NCBI RefSeq assembly: GCF_000142905.1
Contig: NW_013657672.1
Coordinates: 328,244-392,243, forward strand
DNA from: Thecamonas trahens ATCC 50062
Taxonomy: Eukaryota > Protista > Apusomonadida
DNA length: 64,000 nt
Direction: 5' to 3'
Shown here: positions 51,790 to 60,528 of the stretch, in pieces
Numbering within the stretch: the first letter of the stretch is position 1
How the letters are laid out: each line of letters begins with the position of its first letter
Notes under the pieces: generated by a model
Told to the model about the DNA's origin: nothing
Database searches by the model: none
What the model saw: only the letters and a program-made list of their open reading frames with translations
Made by a program: the position numbers and the translations under genes

Positions 51790-53391
51790 TCAGCGCTCCA
51801 TCGGCCGCACAAAGCACTCGGCCAGATAGGTGGCGACGTCAGCGGTGGGCACAAAGTGGTCGGTGACCGACTCGATGTAGTAGGCGAGGGCGATGTCGCG
51901 GACACCGGGCTCGAGCTTGTTGAACTGAGAAGAGACCCGTGAGGCCTGAGCTGCCAGTGGGGTGAACACTCGCGATTTGGAGCCTGCGATGACAAAGTCG
52001 GAGCGTGCGGCGCCGCGGCAGTAGGTGGCGGACGCACCGCGCGCGGCAAGAACAGCAGGGTCCAGCGACGGCGGCGCAGCGACAGAGGCGCCGACGAGGA
52101 TCGCGTCGTCGGCAAGATGTGCGAAGCGCGAGGTGAGAAGGGCTGAGACAAAGCGAGCGCCGGAGGAAATGACGCGGTTGAGCGAAAAGTCGCCAAGGAC
52201 GTCGAGATCGGGCTTGACGGCGGTGCCGTCGATAACGAGGCAGAGCCAAGTCCAGAGTGTGAGGAGCTGGCGGGCCGGCGGCGAGACGTTGAGCGGAAGC
52301 GGCTCGCCAAAGGTAGCGTTTGCCACCAGGTCTTTGTGCCTCCGCGAGACAAAGGACATGACCGAGACTGACATGTCGAGGGCGGTGACGTGGTGGAGCC
52401 AGTACGCCGGGAGCCAGAGCATGTCGCCCGGCTCGAGCACAACAGAGTAGCCGCGATTGACAAAGCCCTCGTGTCGCCGGCGGCCGCGGACCGCCAACGC
52501 GTCGGCGGCGGCGGGAAAGGCGTGAAGGTCCAGCGCCTCGACATCGATCTGGGCCTGTCGCGTAGCGGGGTGGAGCGAGGAGAACATGTAGAGCGAGTCC
52601 CAGGCAAGCGGGTCAACCAGCACAAACCGCTTCCGCCCGCGGACTTGCATAAACAGGTTGTCCGAGTTGTCGTGATGCAGATGAGCGGTGACGCCCGGCG
52701 ATGAGAGCCAGACCTTGGCCGGGCCAGCGCCGTCCGGCAGGACGTCGACAAACGGCTGGAGCTCAGCGCGCAATGCGGGAGCCAACTCGGCGGCGGCGCG
52801 TGACATGTACATGTGGTGGCCAAACGGAATGTCGTCCGGCGCCTTGTCGGCGTGCTCGGAGAGGAAGGCCGCCGCCGGCACGGAATCGAGGACCTGGTAC
52901 GGCTGACGCCACGAGACGTCGTCAACGCCAGCCAGCAGCGGCTTGAGGTTGTCGACGTAATAGAACCGCTGCCCGGTAGTCGAGTTGGCCAGCACATTGC
53001 GCAGCGTGCCGGCGGCATCCGCCACATGATCCGCCGTCCATCGCGCCAGCACCTCGGCCGACCACTGCGGGCCGAGCGACGCCGAGCGGATGACCGCCGG
53101 CCGCCTCCGGCCTAGCAAGGCACGCACAAACTCATCCGGCTCACGCCCCGCCTCCATCACCACCTCTTCAACATCCGCCAGCTCGAGCTCGTCCAAGGAC
53201 AGCACGCGGCCGCCCTCGTACCTGTCGCCTGTGCCAGTCGCCGCGTCGGACATTGCCCACGCCCACACCACCGCAACCATGACGGCGACGACGGCGACAG
53301 CCAGAGCCAGCCGCGGCATCGGCTGGTCATGCTGGGACGAGGGAGAGGAGGAGGATGGGGACGACTTGTGGCGCTGCAACTTCTTGCCCAT
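51790..53391 (-). CDS. JmjC/cupin-8 Fe(II)/2OG oxygenase with N-terminal membrane anchor
   Basis: TM LALAVAVVAVMVAVVWAWAM. Motifs AHLHHDNSDNLFMQVRGRKRF (HxD) and LEPGDMLWLPAYWLHHV. Confidence 0.87.
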   Translation of the reverse strand: MGKKLQRHKSSPSSSSPSSQHDQPMPRLALAVAVVAVMVAVVWAWAMSDAATGTGDRYEGGRVLSLDELELADVEEVVMEAGREPDEFVRALLGRRRPAVIRSASLGPQWSAEVLARWTADHVADAAGTLRNVLANSTTGQRFYYVDNLKPLLAGVDDVSWRQPYQVLDSVPAAAFLSEHADKAPDDIPFGHHMYMSRAAAELAPALRAELQPFVDVLPDGAGPAKVWLSSPGVTAHLHHDNSDNLFMQVRGRKRFVLVDPLAWDSLYMFSSLHPATRQAQIDVEALDLHAFPAAADALAVRGRRRHEGFVNRGYSVVLEPGDMLWLPAYWLHHVTALDMSVSVMSFVSRRHKDLVANATFGEPLPLNVSPPARQLLTLWTWLCLVIDGTAVKPDLDVLGDFSLNRVISSGARFVSALLTSRFAHLADDAILVGASVAAPPSLDPAVLAARGASATYCRGAARSDFVIAGSKSRVFTPLAAQASRVSSQFNKLEPGVRDIALAYYIESVTDHFVPTADVATYLAECFVRPMER

Positions 53392-53612
53392 GGTGGTAGG
53401 ACGGGAGGAGCGGGGGGGGACGGAGCGGGGTGATGTGGGCTGACTTGCTGCTCCGCTCGCTGTCGGCTTGTTGCGGGAGAGCAGACACACATTCACAAAG
53501 ACAAAGACAGTCTGGACTCTTTCACGTGGTTCATTGATCCACCGCGCATCACGCGCGATGACGCATACGGAAGACGCATACGGAAGACGTCAGGTGCAAG
53601 ACGCAAGACGCA

Positions 53613-55772
53613 TCAACGCCGGCCAGAGCTGGCAGTGATGGTGGCCGAGGCAGGGGTGGCGGGCGCGGCGGCGGTGGTGGCCGACGTTGGGGTGGCAAAC
53701 GAGGCGGCAAAGTCGGCGGTGGAGGCTGCGACGGCAGCAGAGGAGCGAGAGGCCGAGTTGCGGGAAGCGACCTTTGCGGCGGCGGTGGTGATGAGATAGG
53801 CGACGGTGGGCTCGATGTCGTGGCGGAGGTCAGGGGTGGCCATGATGCCCTGGCAGAACTTGAGCTCTGCACGGAGAGCGTCCTTCTCGGACTCGTAAGT
53901 GGTAGCGAGAAGGGTCTGGTACTGGCGGGCGAGCTTTGCGCGGTGGAGGCGGCATGTGGCCTTGATTTTGGATGGCGAGCCGCCTGCGAGGCGGTCGTTG
54001 GCGGTGACGTGGGTGAGCGAGGCAATGGCGTCGTCGAGCTCGTTGCGCTCCTGCTCGTCGGCGAGCTGGAGGACGTCGGAGAGGATGGAGGCGACCTTGT
54101 CGTGGACCTTGTCCTCCATGAACCGCGAAATCTCCTCGAGCTCGGGCGCAGGCAGGTGCGAGCCAGCCTGGAGGATGACCTCGAGGTAGGAGAGCGAGAC
54201 CTCGCGGAGGCAGGTGATGATGTGGTCGGAGATCTCGCCGTCGGCAAGGGCGATGGTGGTGGGGACGAGGGCGTCGGACGCTGCCTCGAGGACCGAGGCG
54301 GGTCTGCCGAGCTCACGGCGGGCGTCGCGCGGTGAGGCCACGCGCTCGGTGAACGAGACCGAAGAGCGGCGCGAGACGGCCTGCCCGCGGAGGTCGCCGT
54401 CGTCACCGCGAGTGGAGCCGGCCATGGCGCGGCGGGCGGCACGGGCGGCGTTGCGCTCGGCCACCGAGAGCTGCGAGTCGTTGGCGGAGACAGAGCCATC
54501 GGTGAGCGTGCCGTCGTCGGTGAACGAGGCGTCGTCGCCAAAGTCGGAGCCAGCGCGCTCTGGGTCCCATGCCGGGTCAACTTCGCCGGTCACCTCGTCG
54601 GGCCGGGTCTTGTGGAAGAGGATGAGCGCGAGGTTGAGGACTTCCTGAAGCTCGAGCGCCTTTTGCTGCTTTGCCGGGCGCTTGGAGACATAGTGGCGGA
54701 CAACAACCATGTACGAGGCCGACATCAGCTTGGGCTTGTGGACAAAGACGGTCTCGATGAGCGCTGGAAGCCGCTTGACAGGCACCATCTGCAGCGAGGT
54801 GGCCTCGGTCGCCTGGCCGACCTTGCGGAAGCGCGAATAGAGCTGAATGCGGGCGTGGAGGAAGAACTGCAGGTCGGTCACGTCGTAGAAGCTCTCCAGA
54901 AAGTTGCCAAAGACCTCGATCTCGAGGAAGACCGGGCGGAGGGTCTCCACGTTGTACACAAAGTCCCACAGGTTTTGCTTGACGAGCGCGTCAAGGCCAA
55001 ACTTGTTCTGAAAGTACTTGTACACAAACTCAGGGAAGCCCAGCGCCGGCTCCATGCCGAGCTCGGCGGCGGTGAGGGCGAGGTCGACGCCCGGCGGCGC
55101 GCCGCGCGGGTACTTGCGCCGGCGGGCAAGGTGGATAAACTCGGCCCGCTTGGTCTCGTAGTGCTCGTCGTACGCGTGCCGTGCGTCGTAGATCTCCTCG
55201 ATCTGCGTGAGGAGCCACGGGACCGCGTGCCGCCGGGTCCGCATCTCCGACACGTCGCCCACGAGCTTGCAGAACTCCTCGTACCGCCCGACGATAAAGT
55301 CACGGGTTTGCTTGTACCGCCGATCGTTGGGCACGTCGGCCGATCCGCGGGACGGGACTGTCGGGCGGCGGCGTCCGCTCTCGCTCCCGCCTTCCCCACG
55401 CATGCCGTGGCGAGCAAGGGCGGCCTCAGTCCGCTTGCGGGCATTCTGTTGACGGATGTGGGCCGGAGTGGGGAGCTCCTGCACCCGCCACCTGCCCGAG
55501 TACAGCGATGTCTCCGGGTCCTCTTCAAAGTGGACATGCTGTGCAATGAGAAAATCGTAGAACTTGACCCGCTGTTCGTACGACATGCCGTCTGCGGGGT
55601 GGGGGGTGGGGGGTAGGGGGGCGGGGGGGTTAGTGGCCTCAAAAAACGGTCGGGGAGACAGAGGGGGGCGGAAGGGGGGGGCAACCGACTGGGGGTAGGG
55701 GAGGTGCGGGGGGTGGGAAGGGGGTGGGGATGGCGTACTGAGGGTCAGCTCCTCGTTGGCTGTAAAGTCCAT
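53613..55772 (-). CDS. Uncharacterised protein with TSNAXIP1-like helical segment, 2 exons
   Basis: Exon 1 55772-55739, intron GTACGC...CGCAG, exon 2 from 55591. Segment IEEIYDAR...FPEFVYKYFQNKFGL...EIEVFGNFLE. Family assignment is tentative. Confidence 0.6.
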   Translation of the reverse strand: MDFTANEELTLSTPSPPPSHPPHLPYPQSVAPPFRPPLSPRPFFEATNPPAPLPPTPHPADGMSYEQRVKFYDFLIAQHVHFEEDPETSLYSGRWRVQELPTPAHIRQQNARKRTEAALARHGMRGEGGSESGRRRPTVPSRGSADVPNDRRYKQTRDFIVGRYEEFCKLVGDVSEMRTRRHAVPWLLTQIEEIYDARHAYDEHYETKRAEFIHLARRRKYPRGAPPGVDLALTAAELGMEPALGFPEFVYKYFQNKFGLDALVKQNLWDFVYNVETLRPVFLEIEVFGNFLESFYDVTDLQFFLHARIQLYSRFRKVGQATEATSLQMVPVKRLPALIETVFVHKPKLMSASYMVVVRHYVSKRPAKQQKALELQEVLNLALILFHKTRPDEVTGEVDPAWDPERAGSDFGDDASFTDDGTLTDGSVSANDSQLSVAERNAARAARRAMAGSTRGDDGDLRGQAVSRRSSVSFTERVASPRDARRELGRPASVLEAASDALVPTTIALADGEISDHIITCLREVSLSYLEVILQAGSHLPAPELEEISRFMEDKVHDKVASILSDVLQLADEQERNELDDAIASLTHVTANDRLAGGSPSKIKATCRLHRAKLARQYQTLLATTYESEKDALRAELKFCQGIMATPDLRHDIEPTVAYLITTAAAKVASRNSASRSSAAVAASTADFAASFATPTSATTAAAPATPASATITASSGRR

Positions 55773-55955
55773 GGCGGGGGGCTGCGCCAGTGAGAGAGGA
55801 CTGTGGTGGTGGTGGGGTGGTGGGTTGCCCTTGGGCCGGTGGTGGGGGGGGGGGANNNNNNNNNNNNNNNNNNNNNNNNNNNNNNNNNNNNNNNNNNNNN
55901 NNNNNNNNNNNNNNNNNNNNNNNNNNNNNNNNNNNNNNNNNNNNNNNNNNNNNNN

Positions 55956-56010
55956 TCTGATCACGTCTGATCACGTCTGATCACCGTCTGATCATGTCTG
56001 ATCACATCAG
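55956..56010. promoter_or_regulatory. (TCTGATCACG)n-like array in divergent intergenic region
   Basis: Five tandem TCTGATCA units between divergent starts 55772(-) and 56128(+). Regulatory role is inferred. Confidence 0.4.
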
Positions 56011-56127
56011 TTTCATTTCCCCCACCAACCGCCCCCCCCCTCCCTCCACTCCCCCCTCCCCCCCCCGCACCACCACCACCAAAACAAACAACCCGTCTCG
56101 AGAGACACCCCTCTTCATTACTCCACT

Positions 56128-57989
56128 ATGTCGCTCTCGCCGTCGCCCGCACGCACTCTGGAGCAGTCGCTGCTCGATGACTCGCTGGCAGCAGCCGAGG
56201 CTGAGGGTATTGTCCTCGAGGCCATTGCCTTTGAGCCGCCCATGCACTCGGCCACGGTCAAGAGCCAGGAGGCTGCCACCGTCGCCGAGCTGCGGAGACT
56301 CCGTGAGACGCTCGAGACGAACCTGGCCTCATGGGGCCCCGCAGCTCCGCTTGATGCAAAGTTCGATGAGTCTACCGTCACCGACCAGCTTGACGACCTC
56401 CTCCCGCCCATTGTGGACGGTGCAGAGGATGTTCTCCGTGCTGCCGGTACGTGCCAGCCAGCCGTTGTGTTGCCGTCAGCTCCCCCTCCGCCCGCCCACC
56501 CCCCCCCCCTTCCCTTGCCCCTCTTCCATCCGCCCTCCCTCCCCCCTCCCTCCCTTCTCCCCACCACTCACACACACGCTCTCTCTCATGATTATGTATG
56601 GGTGCAGAGGCTCTGCGCAGCGAGGAGGGCAACTCGCAGTATTCCGAGCTCAAGACGGTCCTGCAACGACTGCAGAGCGGGCAGGTCCGTGCCGGCGACA
56701 AGCTCGATGCGCTGGTGGCGTCTGTGGCGGATGCGGTGCGCAAGGCGCTGACTGAGCTGGATGGAACTCGCAACAGCGAGGCAGCCAAGGTTCTGCTCGC
56801 GGTGCTCACCGAGATCATTGCTAGCATCGAGCAGCTGGCAGCGGTGGTGGTGCCGGACATGCGGGTCCTCCACCAGCGGGCGCAGCGAGCCGAGGCTTCT
56901 GCCGAGGAGTTTGAGGTCGACCGAGCGAACTCGGACTGGACGGTGGCTATGACGCAGCGCGAGGCACAGGTGTTCGGCGAGGTGGACACAGTGCTTGACG
57001 AGACGCGGGCGCAGCTCCGCGAGTGCGAGGCCATCCACCACACCCTGTACTCGTACCAGGTCGAGCCACTGGCGCTGGACTCGTCGTCGTCGGCAGACGA
57101 CCTCGAGCTTGTGCACGCCGCGCTCCGGCGGCTCCGTGAGCTGGAAGGTTCCGAGGAGCGCAAGTACGGGCAGCTCGAGCGTGGCCTCGACGCGCAGCTC
57201 GCACGGTTCAACAAAAAGGCGGAGACGTCCGAGGCGACGGTGACCATGCTCACTTCGCGCATCCAGTCGCTGCTCGGCGACCTCGCCGACGCACATGCCA
57301 AGGCATGGCGCGACCGCAAGAAGGTGCTTGTGTGCGAGCGGACCATGGCGCTGCTCCGCAAGAAGCAGCGGATCAACCAGTCGCTGGCCGAGGGCGAGGA
57401 GGAGGAGCTGCTCCGTCTCGAGCGCGACGTCAAGGCCGCCGCCGCCGCCGCCGCCATTGCCGACGCGGTCAACCATGATGCCGCGGCCTCGCTCCGCGCC
57501 ATCGCCCAGGAGCGCGAAGCCGACCTGGTCACCGACCTCTTTGACCTCTACGTCGACCATCTCACTCTCCTCCGCCGCAAGTACTACCAGGTCTCACTCT
57601 CGGTCTTTGCCGCCGAGTCGGCCGTCGAGATCCTCCGCCAGGAGCAGGACGGCGTGCTGACCAAGAAGCAGCGTGCCAACGCTGCTAAGCGGCCCGATCT
57701 GGTCGCCGCCTGCAACGACCAACTCGCTACCCTCGAGACCAAGCTCAATGACGAGCTCGACCGCATTGCCACCCTCCAGGACCAGCTGGCCTCGCTCCAG
57801 GACGATTGGGAGGTCTCGATGGACACTCTCGAGGCTCTCGACATTACCGACGCCCAGCGGACCGAGCTGGCTGATGTCAAGACCGCGTGGAAGGCGCTGC
57901 TGGAGCAGATCCGCGCCCAGGCCGCCGCACACCGCCGCCTCGTCGACCTCGACAACCGGCTCGATGCCACCTTCCTCTCGCAGGCGTAG
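56128..57989 (+). CDS. Long coiled-coil protein of unknown function, 2 exons
   Basis: Exon 1 56128-56446, phase-1 intron GTACGT...TGCAG, exon 2 56608-57989. Heptad-rich E/L/A/R/Q composition. Confidence 0.75.
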
Positions 57990-58072
57990 TGAGAGCGTCG
58001 TCGCTGTGTCCCTCTGTGCTTGTTAAATAGCCAATCTCTCCCCACACCGCGTTTGCCTCCCCACATCCTCGC

Positions 58073-58903
58073 TCACAGCAAGATGTCCGACTCGCCCGAG
58101 CCGCCACTCCAGCACTCATCCGAGAGAGTCGAGGTGGTGGAGAAGAGCGCCGAGGCGTGAATGTCGCCGAGATCCTGGTCAAAAGCCGAGAGCTGGATGT
58201 AGCGGGCAGCGCCGGGGCCGGCCCGAGGTGTGCAGTTCGGGAACAGTTGGCGCGGCGCAAGGCAGGCGAGGACAACAAGGCTGGTAGCGATGGCCACCGA
58301 AGCACCCGGAAGAGGACAACCGGTCCATGAGCGTGGTACACCGTGCCGCCGAGAAACGAACCGCATATTCCGCCCAGCCCGTAGTGGACAGCGCCTGTGA
58401 CAGCCTGCGAGGTGGCGTCCAGCCCCGGCGGCGCCATGTCGGCGGCCTTGGCCACCGCGGCAGCCCAAAGGAGGCCAAAGGTGACGCCGTGGAGTGGCTC
58501 GATGGCCAGGATCCACCACGCGTGGCCGGGTGTGATGAACGAGTAGCCCAGAAGCCGGGCAATGTACACCACGTGCACAATGCCGAGAATGGGCCCAGTC
58601 CCAAACTTGTCAATGATCTGTCGCGAGACCTGGAAGATAGGCACCTCGGCGATGCAGGTCACGGTCAGCGAGATGCCCATGAGCGTGGTCGAGCCGCCAA
58701 CATGCTCGATAAAGATAAAGAGAAAGGTCGAGATGAGGGCAAAGGCCGAGCCGAGAACAAACATGCAGAAGAGAAAGACGAGCCGCTCGCGCGAGGCCAG
58801 CAGGACCGCAAGCTTGCGAGCTGTGGATTTGGCTGACGACCACGCCCGTGCCGTCAAAGGCGCGGGATCGGCCGCTGCCGCAGTGCCCGCAGCCCCATCG
58901 GCA

Positions 58904-58942
<39 letters not shown>

Positions 58943-59562
58943 GCCGATGTGGAGGCGACGGAGCCAGACTCAGCGTCAGGCTGCGAGCCAGGTGCGGCGA
59001 GTGAGGTCGGCTGGAGGCGGAGGCAGACAAAGAGCGCGGTTTGGCCGAGCGCAAAGAGGAGAAATCCTGAGTACATCGAGGTGGCGCCGATGAGCGCGCC
59101 CACCATGGGTGCCATGGTGCCCCAGCCGACGGCTCCCCATAGACGCTGCTTGCCGTAGTCAGAGCCGATGGCCTTGACCACGTTGACCACGTTGGCATCG
59201 AGGAGCGGGACGACAGCAGCGCCCGTGGCGGCGACGCCAAAGGTGATGGCGGCGACGGCAAGGAAAGAGTGGGCGAGGGCGAGCGAGAGACGGAGGAGCG
59301 ATGAGAGCACAAGGGTGATCGAAAGGATGGCCATGCGGTGGCCTGAGGCATCGGCAACAGCCGAGATCAACGGAGCAGCCACGAGCTGGAGGGCCGGACG
59401 GATGGTGTTGATGGCTCCGACCTGGGCCGAGGAGAAGCCGAGGACTGAGAGGTAGTACCACGGGAGGAACGGAGTCAGCGACGCCGCTGCTGCAAAGTAC
59501 AGGAGGTAGTACACCTTGGGCAAGATGCCGAGGAGGCCACCGCGCCGTGTGGGGAGGTACAT
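58073..59562 (-). CDS. MFSD6-like (MFS_1_like) transporter; apparent 1-nt frameshift near 58306
   Basis: PKVYYLLYFAA, PFLPWYY, DYGKQRLWGAVGWG, AEVPIF, IEPLHGVTFGL. The last TM (GASVAIATSLVVLAC) lies in the -1 frame. Confidence 0.87.
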
Positions 59563-59774
59563 GGCCCGGGGGGGTNNNNNNNNNNNNNNNNNNNNNNNNN
59601 NNNNNNNNNNNNNNNNNNNNNNNNNNNNNNNNNNNNNNNNNNNNNNNNNNNNNNNNNNNNNNNNNNNNNNNNNNNAAGTCCTCGTAGAATTAGCTAAGGA
59701 AGTGCCTGAGAAGTACCTCGCCAAACGAACCGGGGTTATTTCCCCTGGTTGGAGCGGAGGGGGGGGGGGGTGAG

Positions 59775-59824
59775 GTGATCGTGATCGTGATCATGATCGT
59801 GATCGCGAGCCGGGTCTTGATCAC
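59775..59824. promoter_or_regulatory. (GTGATC)n-like array in divergent intergenic region
   Basis: gtgatcgtgatcgtgatcatgatcgtgatcg...ttgatcac between 59562(-) and 59887(+). Regulatory role is inferred. Confidence 0.4.
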
Positions 59825-59886
59825 GCCAGTGTTCGGGACGCCAGAGTCGGCTTGACGGACCACCGCACGCCCGAGTCGGACTCGTT

Positions 59887-60528
59887 ATGGACGGCATCTT
59901 GGTCCACGCGGCACGGCTGCGGGATGTGGAAAGTGAGGGCAGTGCGGAGGTGGCAGCGGCGACGGACGAGCCTGTGGCGCGGCTGGCGGCGGCGTATGCG
60001 GCACTGGCGGCGGCGAGGCTGGCTGAGGCTGAGGCCAGAGCGGCGGTAGGCGAGGAGGCGGCGGAGGCGACGGTGGCGGCGACGGCAGGACCGGCAAGCG
60101 AGGCGCTGGGTCCATTGGCACGGGCGGACGGGGTGGCGGCGGCGGGCGAGGTGGCGGGCGCGGTCGAGGCAGCGGTGGCGGTGGTGGTGGACGAGGCCGG
60201 GGTGCTTGTGGCGCGGCTGCAGGCGATGGCGGAGCCTGGGCCTGCGGTGGTGGTGGCGCCTGAGGCACAAGCGCAGACGGCGCGGCTGGCAGCGGAGATG
60301 CGGGTGCTTGTGGAGGCGTTGCCGCGGCACATGCGGGCGGTGCAGCGGCTTGCACACGCGCCGGATGCAACGGCGAGAGTGGACGGCCCAGCCGGGCGGC
60401 TGGCCGAGGCGCACGCGGCGCTGGCGCGCTACCGCGAGGCGTTTGTGGCGGCACGCGAAGCGCTGCTGGAAGCGACAGGCGCGGGGAGTTTAGTCGATCT
60501 CGGCGATGGGGTCGAGGAGCGAGGCTGA
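59887..60528 (+). CDS. Ala-rich helical protein of unknown function
   Basis: ATG-initiated 213-aa ORF with G-start codon bias, filling the space between neighbouring genes. Confidence 0.55.
   Translation: MDGILVHAARLRDVESEGSAEVAAATDEPVARLAAAYAALAAARLAEAEARAAVGEEAAEATVAATAGPASEALGPLARADGVAAAGEVAGAVEAAVAVVVDEAGVLVARLQAMAEPGPAVVVAPEAQAQTARLAAEMRVLVEALPRHMRAVQRLAHAPDATARVDGPAGRLAEAHAALARYREAFVAAREALLEATGAGSLVDLGDGVEERG

Noticed and set aside
53560-53612. Short duplication ACGCATACGGAAG x2
   Set aside because: Only two copies in a spacer, with no supportable function.
55956-56010. CRISPR-like short repeats
   Set aside because: Units of ~10 nt without unique spacers, no cas genes, eukaryotic context.
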